Source: an uncultured Gemmatimonadaceae bacterium | Lineage (GTDB): Bacteria; Gemmatimonadota; Gemmatimonadetes; Gemmatimonadales; Gemmatimonadaceae | Assembly (NCBI GenBank): GCA_963829055.1 | Contig: CAWHHI010000011.1 | Location: 631,384-695,383, forward strand | DNA length: 64,000 bases | Direction of reading: 5' to 3' | The notes under the pieces: model-generated | The model's database searches: none | What the model was told of the DNA's origin: nothing | The model's input: only the letters and a program-made list of their open reading frames with translations | Made by a program: the position numbers and the translations under genes | In this document: positions 43,537-55,145 of the stretch, piece after piece | Layout: every line of letters starts with the position of its first letter | Position numbering within the stretch: the stretch's first letter is position 1

Positions 43537-44557
43537 ATGAGAAGGCTTCGCGTCCTGGCGCTGATGCACCCCGAGCTGGTTCCGCCGGACGACGCCGCGG
43601 AGCGGGACGAGAGCGAGCGGTTCGACTGGAAGACCGAGTGGGACGTGTGCCGCACGCTCCGCGAGATCGGCCACGACGTCCGCGCGTTAGGCGTCCAGGA
43701 CGAGCTCCTGCCCATCCGCGACGCCGTCGAGGAGTTCAAGCCGCACGTCGTGTTCAACCTGCTCGAGGAGTTCCACGGCAACGTCCTCTTCGACCACAAC
43801 GTCGTGAGCCTGCTCGAGCTGCTGCGCGTGCCGTACACCGGGTGCAACCCGCGCGGCATGATGATCTCGCGCGAGAAGGCGCTGTCGAAGAAGCTGCTCG
43901 TCTACCATCGCATCCGCGTTCCGGCGTTTCACGTCTTCCCGCTCGGCAACAAGGTGCGGCGGCCGAAGTCGCTCGAGCTGCCGCTGTTCGTGAAGAGCCT
44001 CACCGACCACGCGTCGTTAGGCATCTCGCAGGCGTCGCTCGTCAAGAGCGACGAGGAGCTGACCGAGCGCGTGGCGTTCGTGCACCGGCGCCTGAGCGCG
44101 GACGCGATCGCCGAGCAGTTCATCGAGGGGCGCGAGATCTACGTCGGCGTGATCGGCAACGACCGGCTGACGGCCCTGCCGCCGCGCGAGCTGGTGTTCG
44201 ACAACGCGCCCGACGGCGCGCCGCTCATCGCGACCGCGCACGCCAAGCACGATCTCGATTATCAGAAGCGCCACGGGATCGACCAGCGCGCGGCGGTGGA
44301 TCTGCCGGACGGCGTCGCGGCGGGCCTCGAGCATCTGGCGAAGCGCATCTACCGCACGCTCGAGCTCATCGGGCTACGCGCGCCTCGACTTCCGGCTGCG
44401 GCCGGACGGGAGCTTCTACTTCCTCGAGGCGAACCCGAATCCGGAGATCGCGTTAGGCGAGGAGTTCGCCTCGGCCGCCCAGGCGGCGGGCATCGAGTAC
44501 CCGGAGCTGCTGCAGCGGATAATCAATCTGGGGATGCGAGGAACGGCACCTGAATGA
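43537..44557 (+). CDS. D-Ala-D-Ala ligase-like ATP-grasp protein (frameshift near 44370)
   Basis: VFNLLE, VPYTG, PLFVK, HASLGISQAS and EQFIEGREI; shifted tail GYARLDFR...LEANPNP. Confidence 0.88.
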
Positions 44558-44564
44558 ACTGCAA

Positions 44565-44784
44565 GCTGGTGGCTGGGTGCTGGTGCTGGTGGCTGGGTGA
44601 CGCTGAGTGCGGGAGGCCTGACCGTGTCATCCCGAGGAGCGTCAGCGACGAGGGACCTTCTGTGATGTCATCGTGGCTAGACTGGCTACGATGTCGTTCA
44701 AGAAGGTCCCTCGCTGCCGCTCGGGATGACACGGGCACTGACCAGCGTCACCCAGCCACCAGCACCGACCACCCAGCAACCAGC
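44565..44784. repeat. Type B REP-like hairpin (44625-44731) nested within inverted GCTGGTG/CACCAGC arms
   Basis: Arms 44565-44610 and 44735-44784 are near reverse complements. Confidence 0.85.
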
Positions 44785-44793
44785 GTCTCGTGG

Positions 44794-45414
44794 TTAGTGC
44801 CCGTTTCGGTCGAGCTGTCCGCGTACTTCACCGCCCGGGAAATCGCCCGGACCCGTGTTCGCCGGCGCGACGCCGTCGTCCGTGTGAATGTTCACGTACG
44901 TGTTGCCGGCATTGATCGCCGCGATCAGGTCGGACAGCGGGTGGCCGGCCAGCGGGCCGCGAAGGTCCGCCGCCGTGAACGTGCCCTGCGCCAGCATGCC
45001 GTGATGCGCGCCGCCCCCGCCTGGCAGGGGAGCCGTGGATTCACCGATGGGAAGAACCACACGACGATCCGGACCCGTCAAGCCCTTCGCCTGCATGTGG
45101 ATGTGCGCCATCGTGACGTTGTCGATGTCGTTCACCACCAGCTGGAAGTCGATCGACTGGCCGTCCTTCGCCAGCCGCACGTTCGCCGAGCCGTGCGCAC
45201 CCGTGATGCGAGCGATCGGCGCCTCTTCATCGCCGGTCAGCTTCGTCTCGATCGTGCGCTGGTCACCGTTGTCGGTGCCGAAATCCTTGTCCCTGGCGGC
45301 TGAGACCCCGCCCGTGACCACCGCTCCGGTCAACTTCGGCGCCGTCGTGCTTGCCGGTGCGTCCATGCACCCCAACAACAACGCTGCCCCCGCCAATGAG
45401 TAGTACCTGCGCAT
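44794..45414 (-). CDS. CHRD-domain lipoprotein
   Basis: LLLGC lipobox; LTGDEE, MAHIH and YVNIHT...FPGGEVRGQL. Confidence 0.9.
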   Translation of the reverse strand: MRRYYSLAGAALLLGCMDAPASTTAPKLTGAVVTGGVSAARDKDFGTDNGDQRTIETKLTGDEEAPIARITGAHGSANVRLAKDGQSIDFQLVVNDIDNVTMAHIHMQAKGLTGPDRRVVLPIGESTAPLPGGGGAHHGMLAQGTFTAADLRGPLAGHPLSDLIAAINAGNTYVNIHTDDGVAPANTGPGDFPGGEVRGQLDRNGH

Positions 45415-45612
45415 GTCTCGTTGCCTCCCGCCAAGGGATTGTTGGAACCGTCTAGGCGGGAACGAGAACGCAGGACGACCTCATCCGCAATGGCCAACCG
45501 GTGAACGGCGCGTTGAGCCGGGCCGAAGCACTGATCGCGGGCGCCAACGATGCGCAGTCACGGTGACCGAAGACCACGCCAATGCCGTGTCAGCATCACT
45601 ATCGCTACGGGA

Positions 45613-46269
45613 TCAGGGCGTCGAGGCGGGAAGCTGCCCGCGAATCTCTCCACCAGGGAAATCACCGAGCCCTGTGTTAGGCGGTGCGACGCCGTCGTCG
45701 GTGTGCACGTTCACGTACGCATTTCCGGCCATGATCGCGTCGATCAGTGCCTGCAACGGTTGGCCGGCAAGCGGCCCGCGCAGGTCGGCCGCCGTGAACG
45801 AACCGGTCGCCAATGTCCCACTGAACGGACCCGCGCCTCCCGGAAGCGCCGTGGTTGCCTTCACCGACGGGTAGAACCACACGACGATCGGGCCATTCGT
45901 TCCGGCGGGCGCCACGTGGATGTGCGCCTGCGTCACGTTGCGAATGTTGTTGACGATCAGCTCGAATTCCATCGACTGTCCGTCCGCGCTCAGCCGCACT
46001 ATGCCATGCCCGTCCGCATGCGTCTCGCGCGCCGGGACTTCGTCGTTCCCGTTGACGTACGTGAGGAAGAGCCGCGTGACGCCGTGCGGGTCGCTGCCAT
46101 GCGGGTCGGTGCCGGGGTCGTTGCCATGCGGGTCATCGTCGTTCGAGGCCACGGTCCCGGGCGTGACTGCTCCAGTCTGCTTCGGGCCAGTGGCGTTGGA
46201 TGCGGCATCCATACACCCGAGCACCAATACCGCCCCGGCCAACGAGTAGATCCTGCGCATACTCATCAC
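45613..46269 (-). CDS. CHRD-domain lipoprotein (paralog)
   Basis: LVLGC lipobox; QAHIH, GPIVVW and YVNVHT...FPGGEIRGQL; GGAGG RBS. Confidence 0.92.
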   Translation of the reverse strand: MMSMRRIYSLAGAVLVLGCMDAASNATGPKQTGAVTPGTVASNDDDPHGNDPGTDPHGSDPHGVTRLFLTYVNGNDEVPARETHADGHGIVRLSADGQSMEFELIVNNIRNVTQAHIHVAPAGTNGPIVVWFYPSVKATTALPGGAGPFSGTLATGSFTAADLRGPLAGQPLQALIDAIMAGNAYVNVHTDDGVAPPNTGLGDFPGGEIRGQLPASTP

Positions 46270-46418
46270 CTCCAGCGACTAGTTGGATACCTCGCGACGC
46301 CACACAACAGCGTCATTCAGGGAGGCGTGCAACTCTCATGCGGCGAAAGGCGAATCGCGCTGGGTGGACGGTTTACTTGTTAGGGTGAGTTAGGGTGAGT
46401 CAGGGCAATCGCGCGCGC

Positions 46419-47917
46419 TCACTCCCTCGCGAAATCGATGAACCCCTTCGCGACATCGACCTCGATCAACTTCACCCGCACGCGATCGCCGACGTCAACG
46501 CCGTGCTCGCCACGCATCAGTCGGCCTTCCGCAGGCGGATGCGTGAGTCGCGCGAACGTGCCGCTCTGATTCACGCCGGTGATGATCGCATCGAACGACT
46601 CGCCCACGCGATGCTCGAGCAGCGTCGCGGCCACCGCCTTCCGCATCGCGCGCTCGACTTTGCGCGCCGAGTTCTCCATGAGCGTGCAGCGCTCGGCGAT
46701 CGCGTCGAGCTCATCAGCGGTGTACGGCGTCGGCGCGTTCGCGAGCGTCGCCTTCACGAGACGCTGCATCACGAGATCCGCATAACGCCGGTTCGGGGCG
46801 GTCGTGTGCGAGTAGTCGTCGACGGCGAGACCGAAGTGACCTTCCTCGCCGTCCGGCTCCCACGGCCGTTCCACCGTGTATTCGCCGGCACCGAGCAGCT
46901 TCACGACAGACAGCGACAGATCGGCGAACGTGTCCGGGCTCGCGGCGCGGCGACGACGCAGAAACTCGGCGAGCGCAACCGAGCTCGGCTCGTCAGGCAG
47001 CGCGTCGTCGTATCGCTTCGCGAGCTCGACGAGACGCGGCCATCGCTTGGGCGCGTGAACGACGCGACGGATCGACGGCACGCGCCGCGCCTCGAGGAAA
47101 CCCGCGATCGCCACGTTCGCCGCGATCATGAAATCCTCGATGAGATCGCGCGCGCGACTCTTTCGCGTGACGGTGATGTCCACCACCTGTCCGTTGGCCG
47201 ACGTCACCGGCTGCGCCTCGATGGTCTCGAGATCGAGCGCGCCGCGCTCCTGACGCCGCGTCCGCAGCCGTTGCGCGACCTGATCCTGTAGGCGCACCTG
47301 AGCTTCCAGTCCATCAATGGCCGCGAATTCTTCCGGCGCCGGTGCGCCGCCGGCGAGCCAGATGACCAACGGCTTCGTACGTCAGCTTCGCGCGGTTCAC
47401 GACCCGCGCGCGATACGCGCTCACGTCCTGCACGTTGCCGGCGTCATCGATCGAGGAGATCGACCACGACGACGAGTCGGTCGGCCGCCTCGAGGAGCGA
47501 TGTAAGGTCGGTCGACAGTTCCTCCGGCAACATCGGGAACGTCTCGACGCCAGTGTACAGCGACGTCGTGTTCGCCGCCGCTCGGCGGTCGATGGCGGAC
47601 CCCTTGGGGACGAACTGGTCGACGTCCGCGACGCCGAGCCGCAGGCGTACCGCGCCGCCATCGACGCGCTCGCAGAATTCCACCTGATCGAGGTCGCGCG
47701 ACTCGCGGTTGTCGACGGACGACCAGAGCAGCGCGCGCAGGTCGCGCACGTCGTCGGTGGGCGAGTCCACGCGCTTCACTGCTTCGATACGTGCGACCTC
47801 GGCTCGCGCATCCGGCGGGAAATCAGAGACGAACCCGTTTTCCGACGCGATCTCTCGCGCGCGCTCGCGTAAGTCGGTGGACGCGCCGCGAGCCGGCGCC
47901 TGTTCGGGATGTGCCAT
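46419..47917 (-). CDS. RNB-domain (RNase II/R family) ribonuclease (frameshifts at about 47370-47460)
   Basis: SVDNRESRDLDQ, GVADVD, PMLP, LIEDFMIAAN and HFGLA...YSHTTAPNRRYADL. Confidence 0.9.
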
Positions 47918-48035
47918 GGGCTAGAGTATACACGTCCGATCGCGAGCCCGCCGGATCGCGCTGGACGGCCCCGCGCACAGACGCAATCTTTGACGTGACG
48001 GCTTGCGGATGCCGCCCGACGTTCAAGGAGTCCAC

Positions 48036-48954
48036 ATGGTCAAGCTCGCCCGCCTCGCTGCGTTCGGTACTTCCTTACTGGTGGTCGCCGCAGCCAGCGC
48101 CTCCGCGCAGCGCGGCACCATGGGCTTGCCGCGCCTCGTTCCAGCGCCGGCGGCGACTGCGTCCGGCGCATCGGCGGCGGGCGCGCCATCGACCGGCGCG
48201 CTACCACCGGGTCGCGTTAACGGTGGGCGCCCAGGCTACCCCGCCGGAGGTGTACGGCGCTCCGGAGATCTCCCGCGGCTCGTCGGCTCGCCGCCTCCGC
48301 GAGAACGCACCGGCTACACCATGGGCACCGGGTACGGTGGAAGCTCGCGCTACAACTCCGGTTACTCCGGCTACTCCGGCGATCGTGGAACACGGTACTG
48401 GCGGCCCCCGTCCTCTCACTGGGGCGTTGGCGCCGGCTGCGTCGGTGGCTGCATTCGCGCCGGCATTCACTCCGGCAGGTTCTTCGGATCGTTCGCGTTC
48501 GGGTATCCGTTCGCTATTCCCGTCTACGTGCCCTACTTCTACGACGCTACCTACTACGGATCGACCTACGAGATCGACGGAGGGACCGCCAACGAGCCGT
48601 ACGCTCCAGAATCCGAACGAGCCTACGCGCCATCGAAGCTGATCGTGATCGGCGGCGGCACGGGCGGCGGGGGCGATGCGCTCACCGTCGAGACCATTGG
48701 CGGACAGCGTCCGGCTGACCTGGCTCGCTTCTGGTCGCGCCGCGCGCGAGGTGACGCTGTTCGTCGCCGACTCGACGCAACGACGGCTGGCCACGCGCAG
48801 CACGAGCCCCGCGGCGCCCGCAGCGACGTTCGAGGTGGCGACGCTCTCGGCCCCGGTCGCATATGCGGGCGTGGCAGTCACGTTCGCCGACGGCGTGACC
48901 TCCATCACGCTCGTGCCCTACCGTGGCGGGATGACCGGCGGCCAGCGACGTTAG
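48036..48954 (+). CDS. Hypothetical secreted Gly/Tyr-rich protein (frameshift near 48700)
   Basis: AGGAG RBS, signal peptide ending ASAQ; C-terminus in ORF 48676..48954. Confidence 0.65.
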
Positions 48955-49023
48955 GCATCGCGGCACGGGGTTGTTTGTAGCACCCGTGTCACACCAGATT
49001 CGTGGCGCTGTGATTTTCGCCGG

Positions 49024-52000
49024 ATGACAACACCCACGAATCCTGCGCCCGCTCATCCCGCGGGTCCTGCGACCGTGCCCGCTGACGGTCGCCTTTCGGC
49101 GTCCATTGACGCCTGGAAGCGGAAGCTGCTGGACCTGTCGAAGCGGAATCGTGCGCTCAACTTCCGCGCGACGAAGGTCTCGACCGTCGCGGTCGTCGAC
49201 GAACGGCCGGCCGAGATCTTCCGGCTGCTCTACATGGCCGAGCGGGAGATGCGGTTCAAGGGCGTGGAGCCTCCACCGGCAGATCCGACCACCGCGCCGC
49301 GGCGGCCGCGAGCGACGTCCCGCCTGACGCGGATATCGACGACGCAGCCGCGCAGCCCGAGTTCGTCCCGTACGACGCGGCGACGCTCGACGATCGACAC
49401 ACCGACGAGTACCTGCAGACGACCGCGACGCCGGAGGCACTCGATCGATCGCTCCGTCGCCTCGACGAGCAGGCCCGACTCGCGATCGAGGAGCAGGGCG
49501 TCAACACGCTCTTCCTCGCGCTCGGCATGCTGCACTACACCGAGGCCGACACGTCGGAGCAGATGTTCAACGCCCCGCTCGTGCTGTTGCCGGTCGAGCT
49601 CTCGCGAAAGTCCGCGCGGTCCGGCTATCGCATCCGCGCGGCCGACGACGACCCGGTGGTCAACCCCGCGCTCGCCGAGTATCTGCGCCTCGACTTCGGC
49701 ATCACGCTGCCGGAGTTGCCCGATCGGCGACGATCCCCGACGACTACGATCTTCAGACGCTGCTCTCCGGAGTGACGCAGGCGATCGTCGTCGCGACGAG
49801 GCTGGTCGGTATCGACGGACGTCGTGCTCGGGCTGTTCTCGTTCCAGAAGTTCGTGATGTACAAGGACCTCGAGGCGAATGCACCGGCGGTCGCGGCGCA
49901 TCGACTCGTGCAGGCAGCTCGTCGGCCGCGAAGGCGATCGCGTCATCGGCCTGCCTGACGACGTCCGTCGCCTGGAGCTCGATCGCGAGTTCGCGCCCGA
50001 AGCGACGACGCAAGTCGTGGATGCCGACTCGAGCCAGCTGCGTGCGATCGCCGGCGTGTCTCGCGGCTACGACCTGGTGCTCGAGGGTCCGCCGGGCACG
50101 GGCAAGTCGCAGACGATCACGAACCTCATCGCGCAGGCGCTCGGCGCCGGCAAGTCGGTGCTGTTCGTCGCCGAGAAGATGGCGGCGCTCGACGTCGTGC
50201 ACGCACGGCTGGTGAAGGCGGGGCTCGGCGAGTTCTGCCTCGAGCTGCATTCGACGAAGGCGAACAAGCGCGGCGTGATGCGGAGTCTCGCCGCGGCGAT
50301 AGACGCGTCGCTCGCGCCCATGGCCACGAGCGTGCACGCCGCGACCGCTCTGCCCGGCGTCCGGACGGCACTCAACGATTACGTGCGCGCGCTGCACACG
50401 CCGCACGGCACGTTAGGCATGACGCCGTTCGAAGCGTACGGAGCGCTCGCGCCCGTACGCGGCTACGAGGGTGTCGCTTCGGGCGCGCCAGCCGGCCCGA
50501 CGTCCACGCGAACGGTTCCGCGTCTGCGGTACAACCGACCCGTGGACGACGTGACCCGCGAAATGGTCGACACCACGGTGCGGGAGCTGCGCGAGTTGGC
50601 GGCAGCCGCGCGCGGTATCGGTGATCCGACCCAACACCGTGGCGCGACGCGACGAAGACGCTGTACACCGAGGACGACATCGCGTCGGTACGAGCGGTCG
50701 CCACGGAGCTGGCGCGGCAGTTCGGCGAGGTCAGTCGTCAGGCAGCCGAGGTGCAGAAGGCGTTCGGACTTCCGCCGATTCGCAACGTGGACGACGTGGA
50801 CATCGCGGACCGCATCGCGTCCATCATGAACCGGTCGCCGGGCGCGCCGGCAGCCGTCCTCGGCAGCGCGGCATGGAACACCGCCCCGCGCGATGCGAGG
50901 AAGCTCATCGAGCACGGTCGCGCGTTCGCGCGCGCTCCGACAGCGCGGTGGACAAGCACTTCACGCCGGCGGTGCTCGAGCAGGATCACGCGGCGGACAT
51001 CGCATACGTCGAGAAGAAGGCGAGCGGCGTTCTAGCGTTCCTGTCAGTGCTCGACGGGCGGTGGCGCTCCATTCGATCGCGCTGGGAGAGCTACCGGTTG
51101 CCGACGTACCGTCCGACGCTGCTCGAACAGGCCGCGGAGATGAAGCAGGTCGATCGCCTCGCGGCCGAGCGGCAGGCGCTGGCCGACTCGGGGCGATGCT
51201 GGCTGCGACCTGTTCGGCGACGCGTGGCAGGGCGAGCACTCGAGCTGGGATGCGCTCGAGTCGTACGTCCAGTGGGTGGTGGAGTTCCGGACGTGCGTCA
51301 CACGACACAACCTCGGCACTGACGCGATCGCGCTGGCCGCCAACTGTGCGCCTAACGTCGACGCGGTACACGCGCTCCGGAACGCGACCGCCGACGCGCT
51401 CGGGACGCTCGCGCAGCTACGACGCACCGTGATCGGCTGGCCACGCGACTACCTCACCACCGCCCCATTCGACGCGCTACAGCCGCGCCTCGAGCAGCTC
51501 GCGGCGAATGCCGCGGCCGGACCGCGGTGGGCGGCGTTCGAGAGCGCGCGCCAGACCGCGGCGTCGGGCATCGCAGCCGAGCTCCTCGGCGACGCGATGA
51601 CGGGCACGGTCGTCGTTCGATGTCCTGCCGGACGCGTTTCTCCGCGCGTTCTACATGACGTGGCTCACCGAGCGTCGTTCAGGCCCGGCCGCCGCTCGCG
51701 CGCTTCGACGCACTCACGCACGAGCAGCGGATTGCCGAGTTCCGGCGACTCGACCGACGAAGTGCTGGCCGAGAATCAGGCGGCGCTCACCGCTCGCCTG
51801 CGCGATCGGGCGCAGGAGCGACTGCAGGATCCTGACGGCGCGCGACGGCATTGCCGTTCCTGCAGCGGGAGATGGCGAAGCAGCGCAATCACAGCCCGCT
51901 CCGAAAGACGCTGCGTCACGCGGAACCCGCCATCCGCGCGATCAAGCCGTGCTTTCTCATGAGCCCGTTGTCGGTCGCGCAGTACCTCGCGGGCGGTGAG

Positions 52001-53909
52001 CCGACGTTCGACGTCGTGATCTTCGACGAGGCGTCGCAGCTGCCGTCAGAGGACGCGGTGGGCGCGATCGTGCGCGGCCGGCAGCTCGTCGTCGTCGGCG
52101 ACCCGAAGCAGCTGCCGCCGACGAACTTCTTCATGGTGTCGGCGGCACCGGACGCGATTCCGATGGCGGACGATGGGACGCCGCTGTACAGCGACGCCGA
52201 GAGCGTGCTCGAGGAGTTCATGGGCGCCGGCGTGCCAATGAGTCGCCTGCGGTGGCACTACCGGAGCGCGCACGAGAGTCTCATCAGCTTCTCGAACGTC
52301 ACGTTCTACGACGCCGACCTGTTCACGTTTCCGAGCACGGAGACGAGCACGTCCGACGAACGGGCTTCGACGTTCGAGTTCGTGGACGGCGGCACGTACG
52401 AAGGCAAGGGCCTCAACTCGGTCGAGGCCCGGCGCGTCGCCGACGCGGTCGTGCCGTTCGCGCGCGAGCAGCTCGCGCGGCGGGCCCGCGGCGAACCGAC
52501 GGAGTCGTTAGGCGTCGGCACGTTCAACCTGCGCCAGCAGCTCGCCGTCCAGGATGAGCTCGGAGCTCCGCCGCCGCGATGACCCGACGATCGAGCCGTT
52601 CTTCGATCGCTCGCTCGCCGGACCCGTTCTTCGTGAAGAACCTCGAGAACATCCAGGGTGACGAGCGCGACGTGATCTTCCTGAGCGTCACCTACGCGAA
52701 GGCGGCGGACGGCGTGCTGCGCTACAACTTCGGCGCGCTCAACGGCGAGAATGGGTGGCGGCGCCTCAACGTGCTCACGACGCGCGCGCGCCGCCGCATG
52801 CGCGTCTTCTCGTCGATTCGTGGGAGCGACATCAACCCGCCGCGGCGGTGTCCGCGGGGCCGCGCTTGCTGCGTGAGTTTCTCGACTACGCCGAGCACGG
52901 CCGGCTGGCCGTGCCCGCTGGAGCGAGCGCTGGCGCCGCGGAGTCGCCGTTCGAGCGCGAGGTGATGCCGGCGCTCGTCGAGCGCGGGCTGCAGGTCGTC
53001 CCGCAGGTCGGCGTCGCCGGCTATCGGATCGACCTCGGCGTCGTCGACGCGGACATGCCCGGGCGCTTCGTCTGCGGCATCGAGTGCGACGGCGTCGCGT
53101 ATCACTCGTCGGAGACGGCGCGCGATCGCGACCGGCTGCGCCAGCAGGTGCTCGAGGCGCGCGGCTGGACACTGCTGCGCGTGTGGTCGACGGACTGGTT
53201 CAAGGACCGCGCGGGGCAGGTCGATCGCATCATGGAGCTCGTGGACGCCGCGCGCCAGCAAGCGCGGGAAGAAGCAGCCCGGAAAGAGAGACACGCCGAG
53301 GCGCTGGCCGGTGAAGCAACGCCGGCTGGGGTCGAACCGCCGCCGGCAACTCCGCTCGCAGAGGCGTACGAACGACCTGACGCCATGCCGTACACGTTCG
53401 CGGGCGATGAGGCACGCTACGCCGGGCGCGAGCTGATCGGCGAGCCGCCGTCGACCCTGGCGCGCGCTGTGGCCGACGTCGTGGAAGTCGAATCCCCAGT
53501 TCACGTCGACGAGGTCATCACACGCGTGGCGAGCATGTGGGGCACACGCGCGGGGACGCGGATTCAGGCGCGAATCGTGGACGCGTTCACGTTGGCGGAG
53601 CGTCAGCACCTGGTCGAGCGACGTGGCGACTTCCTCTGGAATCCGGGTCAGGAGGTTGTCGTCCGTTCGCGCGCGGGGACTCGCATGTCGGCCGAGCACA
53701 TTGCGCCCGAGGAATATCGAGCGGCAATCAGAATGGTGCTCGCAACGGGTCGAGGATTCGCGCGTCCGGCACTGGTGACCGAGGTACGGGCGTTGCTCGG
53801 GTTCGCCCGGACGGGTGCCGCGCTCGACGATGCCATCGGACTGGCGCTCGATACCATGCTCGCCGACGGCATCCTCGGCGAGGGAAGCACTGGCGTGCGG
53901 CTGCGCTAG
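49024..53909 (+). CDS. DUF4011 + SF1 (Upf1/DNA2-like) helicase + Vsr/MTES_1575-like nuclease + DUF3320 protein (Hhe-like); many frameshifts
   Basis: WKRKLLDLSKRNRALNF; DADSSQ, GPPGTGKSQTI, VLFVAEK, MSPLSVAQY, FDEASQ, VGDPKQLPP, NIQGDERD and RRLNV; ESPFE...YRIDLG...IECDG..YHS...RDRDRLRQ; ESPVH. Confidence 0.9.
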
Positions 53910-53935
53910 ACGTCGTTAGGCCTCAACTACACCCG

Positions 53936-54386
53936 ATGCGCACTCACGTCCGCTTTCATTCGGTCGAGTTCACGCCACCCAATACCGAGCCCGGTCAGAT
54001 CAACACGGAGCGCTACGGGTACGCGCTCGCCGACGTGGGTGGGCGCTCGTCTCCAGGAGCGCGGTTTCGAGGCCGATCTTCCTGTTCCCGAGGACTGGGG
54101 ATGGCTTCTGGGAGTCGCGAACGACGGACAGGTCGTGCGGGTGGGCTGTGGGAACGTCGATGGCTCCGTATCGGAATGGCTGATCTGGCTCGATGCGGTG
54201 CGCCCCGGGCTCATCGCTCGGCTGCTCGGGAAAGGAGGATCGTCGTCGCGCGCACCTAACGCGTTGTTCGGCATCGCCGCCGCGATTCACAGTGCGCTCA
54301 CGGCAAACACGAGCGCGAACGAGATCGAGTGGTTCAATGTCGGCCCGCGCGGGGAAGAGCTCGATCACGCCGATACCCCGGTGTAA
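53936..54386 (+). CDS. Hypothetical protein (frameshift near 54040)
   Basis: MRTHVRFHSVEF...QINTERYGYALA joins ARLQERGF...PEDWGWLL. Confidence 0.65.
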
Positions 54387-54397
54387 CCGATCGGCAC

Positions 54398-54733
54398 TGT
54401 CATCCCGAGCGTCAGCGAGGGATCTTCTGTGAAGTAGCGGTAGTCAGACCGGCCACGATGCCATCACAGAGTGTGCCTCACAAACCCAATCCGCTGAGCC
54501 AACAAGCAAAGCAAACAACAACAGAGACAGGATTGCCAGGATTGGCAGGATTAGCGGACGTCTCAAGGACGGTCGCGGTGCGCCTGCCGGGCAATCCTGT
54601 CAATCCTGCAATCCTGTCTGTTGTTCTTGTCATCCCGAGCATCGCGAGGGATCTTCTCGAACGTCATCGTAGCCGGTCTGGCCACGAGTACTTCATGGAA
54701 GGTCCCTCGTCGCTGGCGCTCCTCGGGATGACA
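54398..54733. repeat. Composite mosaic repeat, copy 2
   Basis: Same module order as 30437-30822. Confidence 0.85.
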
Positions 54734-54782
54734 CACATCGCCGACATACGATCACCCTCACTGTAGCACGGAGGCACCACGC

Positions 54783-55082
54783 ATGCTCAAGACCGCCTTG
54801 TTCGTTCGACTCGAAGCGAAACCCGGGAAGGAAAAGGAGATCGCCGACTTTCTCCGCTCGGCGCTCCCGCTCGTGAACGCCGAGCCGGCCACCGCGGTGT
54901 GGTTCGGCATTCAACTCGGCCCGTCGACGTTCGGCATCTTCGACGCATTTCCCGACGAAGCCGGCCGTCAGGCGCACCTCACTGGCAAGGTCGCCGCGGC
55001 GCTGATGGCGAAAGCGTCCGAGTTGTTCTCACAGCCGCCGTCCATCGAGAAGGTGGACGTGCTCGCCGAGAAGCTGCCGTGA
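54783..55082 (+). CDS. Antibiotic biosynthesis monooxygenase (ABM)-family protein
   Basis: LFVRLEAKPGKE and FGIFDAFPDEAGRQAHL; GGAGG RBS. Confidence 0.9.
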   Translation: MLKTALFVRLEAKPGKEKEIADFLRSALPLVNAEPATAVWFGIQLGPSTFGIFDAFPDEAGRQAHLTGKVAAALMAKASELFSQPPSIEKVDVLAEKLP

Positions 55083-55145
55083 GAGGCAGCGGTGTCAAAT
55101 AGACACTGGCGCGTGGCGCGACCGGCGTGAAGTGTTGTGCGCACG

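Noticed and set aside
46379..46405. Telomere-like TTAGGG repeats
   Set aside because: The period is 10 bp rather than 6, there are only two copies, and they are internal to a bacterial locus.
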